Origin: Podarcis erhardii
Taxonomy: Eukaryota
NCBI GenBank assembly: GCA_964252035.1
Contig: OZ176202.1
Strand: one strand, 5' to 3'
Length of the DNA: 64,000 bases
Shown here: piece by piece, positions 49,214 through 61,490 of the stretch
How positions within the stretch are numbered: position 1 is the stretch's first letter
Layout of the letters: each line of letters begins with the position of its first letter
The notes under the pieces: generated by a model
The model's input: only the letters and a program-made list of their open reading frames with translations
The model's database searches: none
What the model was told of the DNA's origin: nothing
Made by a program: the position numbers and the translations under genes

Positions 49214-49283
49214 ATGGGGTCCAATACACTTGGGAAAGCCGCAATGTTGGATGAACTTTTAAGCACCTGCATTAAAATGTTCG
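49214..49283 (+). CDS. RASGRP3: RAS guanyl-releasing protein 3, coding exon 1
   Basis: MGSNTLGKAAMLDELLSTCIKMF, matching the RASGRP3 N-terminus (MGSSGLGKAATLDELL...). 70 nt, donor G|gtatga. Confidence 0.95.
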
Positions 49284-49722
49284 GTATGAGTCTTCCTTTC
49301 TTCCCAAGTCCATCATAAGCTTTTGTGAACTCACTTTGTCGGATCTGACAAAATGGCCTTGAGTCCATGAAAGCTTATGCCATAAAAAAAGTGCTTAGTC
49401 TTTTCAGGTGCCACAAAAGACCCTTGAATGGTCTAGTAAAAATGTAATTCATCCTAGTAGAGATTTTGGTCTCTTGAGTAGGTGGGTTTCCCCTCCCCTG
49501 AAATAATGCTGCATGTGTGCTATTGGCACATGTATAATCATAATAATCTGGATGTGGTTATTTTGGGGGGAGGGGAGGAAGATGGGAAATCCTGAGGTGG
49601 ACTATGAAGTTGCTGAGCCTATGCAAAGTCAACCCATTGCCAAGCAAGAAAAGGGGGAAAGAAATTAACAAGATGCTGCTTGGGGCTAGATGTGAATGGG
49701 TTGAATGCTGCAAAGTCAGCTG

Positions 49723-49762
<40 letters not shown>
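49723..49762. repeat. (TTAG)n microsatellite in RASGRP3 coding intron 1
   Basis: Direct inspection. Confidence 0.9.
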
Positions 49763-49763
<1 letters not shown>

Positions 49764-50391
49764 TAAAGAAAAAAGTTAGGATAAGAAAATGTTAGTTTGG
49801 ACAATGGATTGGAAGAGAGACGTTATAAAATATTTAGCAAGACTAATCGGGGGTTTGTAGAACTGTTATTATCTTGATCCTTTTCACACATTTCATTCTT
49901 CCTGCATAAAGGAAACTTCTGTGTATCGTTTGTAGTGTTTTCTTTGTTGCATGTTTGCTGAGAGGGATAGTGGCATGATCAACTGCTGTGGTAAAAAGGA
50001 TACTCTCACCTCAGTTGAAATGTTGCAGAACATGCTGTTTCTTACACAAATATTACCACTGTGTAGGGAAAATGTAATGTGTGAAGCAACCTTCAAGACA
50101 TGAAGGCACAAAATGCTCCCGAGGTTAAAATCGTGTCACCTTGGAAAAACAGCTGGTGTACACACATCCTTATACTGATATCATGGGTGAGTTATTCTTT
50201 CTTTATAAATGTGCTCATCTCACTGCTAATGATAGTAAGCTATATTTTTTTTACCTTTCCTAATATCACTTTAGAAAGTGTGTGTGTATGAGAGAGATGT
50301 CCATTTGACTTTTTAATGTGCCTATTTTTACATGGTACCATTCATTAATGCACGTTATCCACCTTGGAATGTTATATATCTGTGTTTGCAG

Positions 50392-50494
50392 ATCACAGAG
50401 GGGAACTGAGCAACAGTCATCTGCCACGAACCTTCCTTTTAATGCACCGATGGTATCTACCATCCACAGAACTGGCAGGAAAACTTCTCTCCCT
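50392..50494 (+). CDS. RASGRP3: RASGRP3 coding exon 2 (REM domain)
   Basis: tttgcag| acceptor. Translates (D)HRGELSNSHLPRTFLLMHRWYLPSTELAGKLLS(L), 103 nt, followed by the U12 donor ATATCCTTT. Confidence 0.93.
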
Positions 50495-51000
50495 ATATCC
50501 TTTTGGATACTCTATTTATTGAATAGTAGTTACTTGTATGATTTCAGTGTTAGATAGCTTTTTAGCAATGAACTTGAATAATCTTGGATTTTCTCCTTTG
50601 ACTTCAAACTGGTCATCATTGGAAGGAATGGTGTATACACCATTGTATGCATTCTATACATTATAGAATGGCTATTTTGGAAAGACTTGCTGTATTGCTG
50701 GAGACTAATGGCCAATGTTAGCAGTGGGTCAAATTAATTGGCCTCCTGTATTCTAGACATTTTCTTGGTGACTTTTTCATTATTCTGTTTGGTTTATCTT
50801 ATTTAAAATACTCCTGTCCACACTTCCATCACAATATGGCACCAAGACAGGGTATAATAAAAATATAATATACCTGCAAAACCAAGTGCTGTGTTGAATA
50901 TAGTGTTTATCATTTTATCAAGTGCTTAATTGAACAAGAAAATGGAACCTTAGAAAGCCACTGAAACCAAAAGGCATGGCTTTTTCTTTAACTAAGCTAC
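50495..51000 (+). other. RASGRP3: U12-type (minor spliceosome) AT-AC intron, 506 nt
   Basis: 5' site ATATCCTTTT, branch-like TTTTTCTTTAAC at 50981-50992 and terminal AC at 50999-51000. Splicing here joins exons 2 and 3 in frame. Confidence 0.92.
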
Positions 51001-51063
51001 ATATAGAGCTGCTAGTGGGGAAAACTGCAGTGAAATTCGCTTAAAAATCTGCTACTTCATGAG
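51001..51063 (+). CDS. RASGRP3: RASGRP3 coding exon 3
   Basis: YRAASGENCSEIRLKICYFM(R), 63 nt, donor AG|gtaaat. Confidence 0.93.
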
Positions 51064-51603
51064 GTAAATGCAATTTTGCTCCACTTGGAAGTTTGTATGT
51101 TTTCTGAATAATTAAAAAAACACTTTGTGTCCTCTTTTGAAAACCTGCTTTTGCTCCCACGCCTTTGTGGTGGTTAATTTCAGTAGATACATTTTATTAG
51201 AACTTCGCATATTATTAAAATCAGTAGAATTTAGAGGAGAACAACTCAGAATTCTGATGATTTTAATATGGATGTGCTCCCCCCCCCATTTGTTTACACC
51301 ACCCCAAGATTTCTGTGCTAGGTGGTATAGAAATGTTTTGAGAGACTATAAATGTTTGCATGGCAGAGAAAGCTTTAATGGTTAGGGATCATCCCATCAT
51401 TACACCAGTGTGTGATGGATGAACTCACACCCAAAGGACTACTGCCGCCAGTGCAATTCAAGGCCCAAAGTTCTCTCCAACCGAGCTGTCAATTCATTTG
51501 ATTTAAGGGAGGCTCATTTCCCAAAAGGTGGAGTAAGTTAGGCTTTTAGCACAAAGTTGCTCCATGGCTTGATATCTAAATAACTCTGCTGTCATGATTT
51601 CAG

Positions 51604-51735
51604 ATACTGGATTTTGGAATTTCCTGCAGAATTCAATCTGGACCTTGGTTTGGTTCGTCTGACTGAGGAGTTTCAAGAACTAGCCAGCCACCTAGGTTAC
51701 GAAGAGCACATCCATCTTATTGATATCTCTAGCAT
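51604..51735 (+). CDS. RASGRP3: RASGRP3 coding exon 4
   Basis: YWILEFPAEFNLDLGLVRLTEEFQELASHLGYEEHIHLIDISS(I), 132 nt, with cag| and |gtaag sites. Confidence 0.96.
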
Positions 51736-52780
51736 GTAAGGATTACCATCTGTGAGGACTGATTATTCAGCCAGGACTTCCTAGTAAGATTGAATGTTGA
51801 TATTGACAGCCGTGGCAAAACAGCAAAAAGGGTAAAGGAGGTGGGAGAGAACAATAATTAGGTAACTTGTCATCCCAGTACTGATCATTGTAACATTTTT
51901 TAAAATTCCTCTTCTTGTTCTTTGTGGTGTTATTTTTTTTTATTAGAAAAAAGCCACTAGTTAAAATAAATATAAAATTTGGAACGTGTCTCTCTGATGT
52001 GTAATGAAGTAGAACTCTGTGTTTGCTACTTCAGTTGACTGCTATTAGCAATGATAACTAACTTAACTCACCAGGTTCAGAAGTAATATATGTCTGAATG
52101 CCATTTGCTGGGGACAAACAAGAAAGAAAGAGAGCTGTTGCCTTCATGCCCTGGATTTGTGCACCACCTGGAGGAAGGAGAAGGCCAGCCAGCAGTAGCT
52201 GTTGAGGTGGCACAGGAGAGACACCATTACTCTCCTGTCTTCCCAACACAATGAGCCACTGGCGCTTACCGAGAGGGAAGAGGGAGTTGTGGGGAACTTG
52301 GCCCACTGCAGCAAATTGTAAAGGAGCCAGTCTGACACTCGCTGCCATTCATGGCATGGGACAAAGCTCCTCACCCCTCCACTCTCTCACTATGCATTCA
52401 CCCATGTCTGCTGTGTTGGAAAGACAGGAGAGCAATGGTGCCCCCCATACACACACTGCCTCACTGGCTGCTACTGACATCGACTACAATTAGAAACTGA
52501 GGTGCTGGATGTAATGGGCCCTTGTTCTGATCCAACAGAGCTATTCTTACAGACTCGTCTTCAGAAAGTTTCAAAACAGCTCTCTGTTTAGGTAAGACAA
52601 AGCTAAATTGGTTTTTATTTCCTTTTCTGTGGAACATCTAAATTGAAGGAGATATCACTGTTTGACTTCACACAAACAAAATGCAGGGGTTTTTTGGCAG
52701 TGCCATCACTGGGTTCTAGTTCCATGTTTGTATTATTGGGTGTCAGATCCTGAAAGTGGCTTCATCATTCTCTCTTGCAG

Positions 52781-52928
52781 TCCCTCTTATGACTGGATGA
52801 GGAGAGTCACACAAAGGAAAAAACCTTCCAAGAAGGGAAAAGCTTGTTTGCTGTTTGATCACCTGGAACCCATTGAGCTTGCCGAGCACCTCACTTTTCT
52901 GGAGCATAAATCTTTCAGAAGGATCTCT
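52781..52928 (+). CDS. RASGRP3: RASGRP3 coding exon 5 (start of the CDC25 GEF domain)
   Basis: [49 protein letters not shown], 148 nt, AG/GT sites. Confidence 0.97.
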
Positions 52929-54310
52929 GTAAGAAACCTACAATTTCTTACGGCACTTGGGCTTTACAGCTCCTATTGCCCATTTCCATGACTCTGGATA
53001 TACATTACATCAAATCTCAAACCATGTAACACCATGTGCATTACTTCCCCCAACGATTTCTGGCAACTGTAGCTGTAGAGCCACAATTCCCAGCACCTTT
53101 AACAAATTACATTCCCTGGGATTCTTTGGGTGAAGTCAAGATATTTAAATGCGCTTTAAATGAATGGTGTGTATGCAGCCTCAGTGCTGGCTGATCCGTG
53201 TAGGCACCCTTATTTTCCCTTCCACCCACAAAACCTGTTACACCTTCCCTGCCCCCAGGCTTACTTCTCCCTTCATTGTGATGTGGAAAGAGTGGTTATC
53301 ATACCACTACCTTCACTTTGAAAAGCACCTAAAGGTGAAAGAGGAAGTAAGAACAGCAGTGCTCTTTTCTACTTCTTCTTTTGGCTTGATGCACTTTTCA
53401 AGGTTTAGTTTGGCACCTGATGCGCTGAACAGAAAGGGGAATGACTGAAAGTGTAAGATGGAAAGGAGAGTGATGTAGGAGACATGGGGAGGAAAAACAG
53501 AATGATTGTGAGACGGCTGCCAGAAATGGGGGTGCTACAGGAGTTGGGGGATATTGTGTCTATGAGAGAGGAGGTGTGCATATGCAAACACACAAACTGG
53601 ATCCAGTAAAGTAGATCCTGTTGAAATTGCTTATTTTTAAATGAGTTTCCCCCTCCAAATCACCTACAAATCACAGGTCACATGTGTCCCATTAACTGAG
53701 CCATGAAAATAATGGATCGGATGCTTTCCAGCACTACTGTGATAAAAAAAAAATATGGATCCAAAACACAGATCCTTAAAGATCCGCATAGTTTTTACAA
53801 GGGAACTGCTTAGAACCACCATCAAATCATCAGGCACCTTTGTGTCCACAGACGTTTTTTGTATTTCATTGGTGGTTTTGTTGGCATCCTTTGTAAACAA
53901 ATGGGGAAGCTCCATGAGGATCTAATGTCTTGGATCAAGGTGTTTGTGCTGCTTGCTGCTGGCAAGCTGCAGATCTGTGGGTGGGATTCAGCTAATGAGT
54001 CCCATAAGTGTAAGCCCTGCGCAAGGACTTCTGCTTATGCTCAGGTTTCATTTTTGAAAAGAAATATTGCAAAGATACCACAAGGCTTCACCGTGTTTCC
54101 TCATCCAAACAGAAATGAAAGCTAGTAGTGCTCCCTGTCCATCAAGGATGTGCAGTGTTCAATAAACAATAATTAAATTATGTGCACTGAGGACTTTTTT
54201 TTTAAAGGTCAGATTTCCTAAGTTATAGATCTTATCAGGGAATGTTGGTCTACTCCAGTATATGTCCTTTTTGTGGTTTAGAAAAGCCATATAACATTGA
54301 ATTTGTCTAG

Positions 54311-54484
54311 TTTACAGATTATCAGAGCTATGTGATCCATGGTTGCCTGGAGAACAACCCAACTCTGGAAAGATCAATCGCTTTATTTAATGGCATCTCC
54401 AAGTGGGTTCAGTTGATGGTCCTTAGCAAACCAACCCCTCAGCAAAGGGCAGAAGTAATCACAAAATTCATCAATGTTGCACAG
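54311..54484 (+). CDS. RASGRP3: RASGRP3 coding exon 6
   Basis: [58 protein letters not shown], 174 nt, AG/GT sites. Confidence 0.97.
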
Positions 54485-54589
54485 GTAATAATGACCTTGG
54501 AATGAAATACTGTGGTATGGAGGTCCAAAATAAAGAGGGTATGTAGGAAGCCCAGATACAGTGTTCATAGTAAGGATTATGTTTACATT

Positions 54590-54900
54590 CTGTTTATCCC
54601 AGTGTTACTCCAGGTATCTTGATATTGTTCCTAATATAAGTGGCTAGTTGGGAAGGGGTGGGGAAGGCAACAAACAGTGCTGGTGGCAAAGGACATCCTT
54701 TTCTTGTACCTCTGTTAATTATTGACTGTGAAAGGGATTTGCTGTTGTAAATTCTTGCTGTAGATTTGTTGTATATCAAAGACATTGTTCTCCTGCATTA
54801 AAATTTTCCAGTGCAAAAACTTCCACTCTAGCCAATCAAATGTTTTCTCTGCATAGAGAAAATAAGTGCTGCCTATATTTGATTATTATCAACTTGCTAA
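54590..54900 (-). pseudogene. Old L1 ORF2 reverse-transcriptase remnant
   Basis: The minus strand gives decayed AEKTFDWLEW..F and RGTRKGCPLPPALF...LATYIRNN.KIPG motifs. Confidence 0.75.
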
Positions 54901-55435
54901 GCCTTTCTGCTATGATAGCTGTCCAGTTTTGGATGCCTTGAACCTTAGAGTAAGAGATCTGTACCTAAATGGGCTATAATTACCATTTCAGCTTCTGCTC
55001 ATGCCTTTTGTAACAACTTAATTGTAGCTATGGCATTATTATGCATATTAATTGTTGAACTATGCATTCTTCAATTTTCTTATAAAATACAGTGGTGAAT
55101 CCTACTGTCATGGGTGATTTATTGTTCATAAGGTTTATATTAGTTTTGTTTGCTTCTTGATAGGAACTTCTAAAATATTTGATTCAAGATTAGAGGATTT
55201 TGGTAATATTATTCCAGCTAAGAATTCATCATTTACACATTTAGGTGGGTTTGGGGATGTCCCAGTAAAGTTCATTTATTAATATCTCTACTAGGATAGT
55301 TTGAAGAGAGAAAAAAGAAATTACGTTTGGCAAACAATTTTTTGCCTTTCATTTTTAACATAGTTCTCATCAGGCACCATGCCAGCAGTCAAGAGCTATT
55401 ATTCTAGGCCTTGCACATTGGAACAAATAACTATA

Positions 55436-55706
55436 AGGTAAAAGGGTAAAGGACCCCTGGATGGTTAAGTCCAGTCAAAGGTGACTATGGGGTTGTGGTG
55501 CTCATCTTGCTTTCTGGCCAAGGAAGCTGGCATTTGTCCACAGACAGCTTTCTGAGTCATGTGGCCAGCATGACTTAACCGCTACTGGTGCACAGAGGAC
55601 TGTGACGAGTGCCAGAGCGCACGGAAGTGCCGTTTACCTTCCTGCCACAACAGTACCTATTTATTTACTTGCACTGGCGTGCTTTCGAACTGCTAGGTTG
55701 GCAGGA
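55436..55706 (-). mobile_element. 5'-truncated Sauria SINE
   Basis: Tail and core are present; the tRNA head is missing. Confidence 0.85.
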
Positions 55707-55835
55707 CCTTTGCTTGTTATTATCAGTTGGATTATCTAGTAAGTGTGTGTATGATTGCATACATTTGGCTTGTTGGAACAATGAAACAGGTAACATTTCA
55801 TCAACAAGTAAGCAATGTGTCTAATTTCTCTACAG

Positions 55836-55952
55836 AAACTTCTTCATCTTCAAAATTTCAATACCCTGATGGCTGTTGTGGGAGGACTAAGCCATAGCTC
55901 TATTTCACGTCTCAAAGAAACTCATTCTCACCTTTCCTCAGAAGTTTCAAAG
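55836..55952 (+). CDS. RASGRP3: RASGRP3 coding exon 7
   Basis: [39 protein letters not shown], 117 nt, AG/GT sites. Confidence 0.97.
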
Positions 55953-56366
55953 GTATGACAGCACCTCTCTTGTAATGGACTCAACGCCTGTGTAAATATT
56001 ATATAGAGGAACATGAGCAAACTCAAATGTAATATTTCAAAAATATGTCCTTTCTTACTGGAATAAGGGAGGCTGAGAACAAGTGAAGGTGCCTCATACT
56101 GAGTCAGGCCTTTGGCCCATCTAGCCCAGTCTGTTTATTAGCAGCATCTCACCAACATCTTGGGCAGGATTCTTTCCCACCCCACTATCTCTTTTTTAAC
56201 TGGAGGTTCTGGTGATTGAACTTGGACTTCCTGCATGCAAACTATGTGAACTCCTTCTGAGCTATGATCTTTCCTCAAAAATGTGCTGGAAGAAATCATG
56301 TGAGTTGCTTCTGTTATTGGATCATGCCCCTCACCACCATTCCCCCCCCCCCAAGAAAAGGTTTCC

Positions 56367-56555
56367 TTTTTTTTTTAATAAATATTTATTAAAGTTTTTA
56401 AATATAAATGCACAAATAATAAACAGTCTTACTTCTATCACAGACATAATTTCATCACTTCTTTGGGCTCCCTCACGTCTCCCGCTCCCATTTACATCGT
56501 TAAAAGTTTTTTCCAAACAAATTATCAACTTGTTTACAATCTCATGTCCACTCAA
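56367..56555 (-). mobile_element. Short poly(A)-tailed retroposon (L1 3' UTR-like), copy 1
   Basis: Poly(T) on +, a 17-bp TSD CCCAAGAAAAGGTTTCC at 56350 and 56556, and a homolog at 58352-58535. Confidence 0.75.
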
Positions 56556-56677
56556 CCCAAGAAAAGGTTTCCAGTCCTCCCAGTATGATTTTCCTAAGTG
56601 CTGCCTCTTTAAGATAAATCAAAGCAATGTTAAGGATGCTTTTGCGGAGTTTTGCTTCTTCTATACCTTGTTTACAG

Positions 56678-56953
56678 GACTGGAACGAAATGACCGAGCT
56701 AGTCTCTTCCAATGGGAACTACTGCAGCTACCGCAAAGCTTTTGCTGATTGTGTTGGCTTCAAAATCCCAATCTTAGGAGTCCACCTGAAGGACCTGATA
56801 GCCGTTCATGTCGTCTTTCCAGACTGGATCAATGAGAACAAAGTCAACATAGTAAAAATGCAGCAGCTTTCAGTCACCTTGAGTGAGCTGGTTTCCCTGC
56901 AGACTGCTTCTCACCATCTTGAGCCAAACATGGATTTAATTAACCTGCTAACA
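56678..56953 (+). CDS. RASGRP3: RASGRP3 coding exon 8
   Basis: DWNEMTELVSSNGNYCSYRKAFADCVGFKIPILGVHLKDLIAVHVVFPDWINENKVNIVKMQQLSVTLSELVSLQTASHHLEPNMDLINLLT, 276 nt, AG/GT sites. Confidence 0.97.
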
Positions 56954-58166
56954 GTAAGTTCCGTTAAATTTGAATTTGAAAACATTCCTTTTCCTTCCAT
57001 CACTGTCTCCTTTGAGGGCAAGGAAGAGATGTAAAAGGCAGGGGTGAATTTGGTAGACTTACTAATAGAACAGATTGCACATTTTCTGGAAAAAAACCCA
57101 AATAAATTAGAGAGAAATAAAAATGATAAAGACATGAGAATATTCAGATATCAGCTTAGGTGGGAATTAACCTGCAAAGAGACTTACTTCATTTCTTCAA
57201 ATACTTCATTTTACATTGTAGATTATTCATTTCACAACTTTGATGAACAATTTGCACACATAATTTATCCTTGTCGTATGATAAAATAAATTCACACCCT
57301 CTGCTGAATGTGCACTGATATTGGCCTGGTTTGTACAGCATGGTAAACCAAACTATGGCTTCCAGTTCATGGTTAGTAAGGAGAGAACTGAACCACAAGC
57401 CTGGGTTTGGGAAACACACTAAGCCAAAGCTTAATGGCCCCTCAGTATTTTATTCAAGTTGGCATCCCTGCATATGCCCCTCCACACACATGCACACAAG
57501 TAGTATCACTGCTGCATAGCCTGCTTATTAAAATTCTTTCAGCCTTTTTTTAAAGTCTTAATTTGTGTGTCACAGCGATGGGGCAGGGCAGGGAATGAAT
57601 ATTGAAAGCTACATAGCAGAACAATAAACAAATTTGGGTGTACTCTCTCTGTTTTCTTTCACACAATTATTTTTGCGGGCACACATTTTCCCTTCTGAAC
57701 CACAATGTTAGCTGAAGCTCCTTTAATACAACTCACAGTTTGGCACATCTCCATGCCAATACTGATTTGCAGGGCAGCGAGGCAGCCTCCATGGCCAGGA
57801 GAGGGTCTGATCCTCCCTGGGATCTTGCGGGGTCTCACAAGCTCACATGACCCTCTAAAGGGTCTGGCCACCCAGGATCATGTTCTCTCTCCAACTTGTC
57901 CTGTGACTCAGCATTCACATTCTCAGCATTCTTTCTCCAGCAATGGCTGACCAGAAAGATTCATAAGCATGAAGATGCAATTGTGATATCCACCCCATGC
58001 AGTTGGTTCTCATAGTTAGGTAGCCAGGGAGATCCAGCTTTAATAGGGAGGGTGTCCATGTGGCTGTTGTAGCTGGAAGCCAAGAGAACTCTTTCCATAT
58101 TAAAAAATAAATATTTTATGTTCAGCATCTGAATGTCAGTTGACAGCAAAGGAACAGATTATTATC

Positions 58167-58535
58167 CTTTTTTATAATTTTATTGATTTTCATACAATTT
58201 AACAAATTCAATTTAGTTTCAATACAATATTCTCTTACCATTTTGACTTCCCATCCTTACTTCTATGATGTTTCTGTTCAAATCCTTTATCTGCTGCCTT
58301 AAATGTAATACTTATTTATAGAACATATAACCTACATTACATTCCTTTATCTTTTTTTTTATATAAATATTTATTAGAGTTTTTAAATACAAATACACCA
58401 ATAATAAACAATCTTACTTCTATCATAACGTAGTTTCATCACTTCTTTGGACTCCCTCACGTCTCCCGCTCCCATTTACATCGTTAAAAGATTTTTCCAA
58501 GCAAATTATCAACTTGTTTACGATCTTATATCCAC
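58167..58535 (-). mobile_element. Composite insertion: two L1 3' UTR-like segments, each with a poly(A), inside one TSD
   Basis: T-runs at 58168 and 58352. 17-bp direct repeat AGGAACAGATTATTATC at 58150-58166 and 58536-58552. Confidence 0.7.
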
Positions 58536-58586
58536 AGGAACAGATTATTATCTTTGTAACATTTCCACCTCTGCTCTCACACTGTA

Positions 58587-58825
58587 AGGTAAAAGGTAAA
58601 GGGACCCCTAACCGTTAGGTCCAGTTGTGGCCAACTCTGGGGTTGCGGCACTCATCTCACTTTATTGGCTGAGGGAGCCGGAATACAGCTTCCATGGCCA
58701 GCATGACAAAGCCGCTTCTGGCGAACCAGAGCAGCGCACGGAAACGCTGTTTACCTTCCCGCCGGAGCAGTACCTATTTATCTACTTGCACTTTGATGTG
58801 CTTTCAAACTGCAAGGTTGACAGGG
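58587..58825 (-). mobile_element. 5'-truncated Sauria SINE
   Basis: Tail and core are present. 13-bp TSD CTCTCACACTGTA at 58574-58586 and 58826-58838. Confidence 0.9.
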
Positions 58826-59344
58826 CTCTCACACTGTAGTACAGTATAAATAACAGTTCAGAAGCAGCCTTCTGCAGCTTGCCCAAATGGGGTCAATTCA
58901 GATTATGAGGAGCGCTGTATTTTACATTCTTGTTTCCTCTGGAATCCTTGGTCCAGTTTTATATCTGGATATTTGGTATTCTTCCATTCTATTCTTTGCT
59001 TATATAAATACATTGAAACTTTTCCCACCCTGATAGATACGGCTGCAGCAAAATAACAAGATGACTGAAGGGGAAAGTGGGCTGCAGGAAGATTGCATGC
59101 AGTTCACGTCACTGCAGCAGTCTGAACATTGGCAGCAGCTGTTGGTGTTGACGTGCGCTTTGCTGAATTTTATATAATTCAATCTGTACAAGGAGCTGAA
59201 GTACAAAATGGGCTTCTTTCAGCTTTGCTAAAGCATTAGTGAGAGCAAACCTCGTATCTCCTATAGCAAAATACAGAGAAGCTTCCCTGGAGGATTCTTG
59301 CCCTGATAATTTGTTGCAGTTATTGTTTACATTTTCAGGACTGC

Positions 59345-59413
<69 letters not shown>
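59345..59413. repeat. Long (AAT)n microsatellite
   Basis: Direct inspection; about 23 units. Confidence 0.95.
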
Positions 59414-59414
<1 letters not shown>

Positions 59415-61339
59415 TAATAAATTGTAAGACACTCAAGGCCATTCTTTCAAAGGCTCATTACAAAACTGCCACTGCCTTTCCTATAATCAAAACTAATCAG
59501 TTTTAGCATTGAGGCGGCATTGCAGAAGTAATGTCCACTGCAGCTGGTACAACATGCAGGCCTCCATCCCTGTGTCTAGTGGGGCTGTGGGTTCGGATCA
59601 ACACGAGCCACTTCAAAACTTACAGTGTTTAAAGACATAGCCTGGGATTCAAAGAAACACTTCAGGGAATAAGGGTTGTGCAGTGGGATCTTTATTCAAC
59701 CACCTTTGAAATGGAAGCACCCTGAAATGGATGTGACTTGGGACTTTTGGATTAGCATATTTCCCTTTTCTACCTTCATGACCCATTAGCATACCAGGAA
59801 GCTAGCCTGGCTATTCCAAGAATTCGAATCTTTGCTTAGATTTTAACACTTGCCGTATCCAGAAATTAGAAGGGTCTTGGCTTGCTGCCTACTCCCCACC
59901 CCAAACTCAGAACAGTATTATTTAGAATAAGTGAATTTAAGGCTGTTGTCCTTGGGTCCTAAATCAGAAACAAAGGATGTAAATGTGTATTTTTTTCTCA
60001 CATTCATCTCTTGTTTTCCTTGCACTTTCTACCCTTCCCCTTCGCTTGTTCCATCGCAGCTGTCAAACGTCTGATTGAAAGCAGTTTGAGGCAGGGCTCC
60101 ATGTTGTTTTGCTTAGGTGGTGCACTATACAACCAATAAATGAATTAACAGTTATAATTAGTGTGGAAAGTGGAGGTACACTGAAGCACAGAACAATAGT
60201 TTGTATGCTGTGGTCTGTACCAACTCTGAAACTATGCAAATATCTGGAAAGCCCCAGGTGCTTTTACAGTCTGTGAAAACTGTGGTGAATACATTCTTTT
60301 TAATCAGACTGAAACTAACTCAGAGAAGTCACTTTTAAATATAAAATCTGTACAAAGGACAAAGCAGGGCATGCTGGAGCTGCTGCTGCTCTGTATGAGA
60401 GTGAGGCACATATATTCCTATCAACTAGAAAAGGGACACACTTCTCCACAGAATGACTCTAGGTGGAAATATGAGACCCGCAAGATCATGTAGTACTCAG
60501 GCCATACTGTTCCTCAGGGTCAAGGGGCTCGTGTGTTCAGCTTCCCTATTGCAAAATGCAGTGACCTGTCCCTTTTTCCTGTCAATTTTCTGATTAGTGG
60601 TACCTTTTTGTGTGGAAACCTTGCTAGAACAGTGCTCAGAGAGGCTGCTCTGGAAGCTGGAAAGCCAGCCTCCCTCTCCTTTTCCAACAGGGGCAGCTTT
60701 GAAGATTGGCTCAATTATTTATTTTTACCTAATGTGAAGAAAAACCAAGGTGAGCAAAAGAGGGGGAAATGCAATTTATGCAGCACAGCAATAGCCCTAG
60801 GAGTCACATGATCAGCTTTAGGACTGATCCAAGATACTCAGCTGAGGGCAGAAAAGATAAATGGTGCTTTATTTCCTTGCTGGTTGCGACTGAAGAGACC
60901 TTGTAGCTCAAAACATCTAGAGGACACCAGACTGGTGAAGGCGGATAATTATTTTTACAGATACCTCCCCCTTTTCAACATCTAGGACTCGTTCGCAGCT
61001 TACAATGATGAAAATATAAATGAAAACCTCAAAAATTTAATACCTCAGGGGTTTAAACAAAGAACATAGAACATTTTAAAACATCAGAAAAGCATTCATG
61101 ATGCAAAGTCCTCCTGAAATAAAACAATGTTAACCAGGCATCTGGAACTCAGGAAAAAGAGTTTGACAGAGTTGGGATCACAGAACTGAAAGCATAACTT
61201 CAAGTTCTCATTGATATAAGTCATGCATCTGGTCCATGGTGGACCACTAATAGTGTTCCCCCAGATGATCTCGGTGATTGACTTGGAGTGTACAGAGTAA
61301 GACAGTCTTTGGGGTGTCTTGACCTAAGTTATTCAGGGC

Positions 61340-61490
61340 TTTGTACAAGAACCTTGAACCTGACCTAGTAGCAGGTGGGTGTCATGTGTTGCTGTTAGTC
61401 TTTCCCCATCACTAGTCTAGCTGCAGCATTCTGCATTAGCTGGAGCTTCTGGATCAGACCCAAAGGCAGTGCCATGTTGTGATCCAGCCT
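61340..61490 (-). mobile_element. L2 ORF2 remnant
   Basis: The minus strand translates RLDHNMALPLGLIQKLQLMQNAAARLV, an L2 ORF2 motif. Confidence 0.7.

Noticed and set aside
56556-56620. Minus-strand EDWKPFLG resembling an L1 ORF2 terminus
   Set aside because: It overlaps the 17-bp TSD, so it cannot confidently be assigned to the insertion. It may be chance or an older remnant, and is unresolvable without a consensus.
59109-59432. Poly-Tyr ORF, and similar HT/CV-repeat ORFs elsewhere
   Set aside because: Translations of (AAT)n and (CA)n microsatellites.
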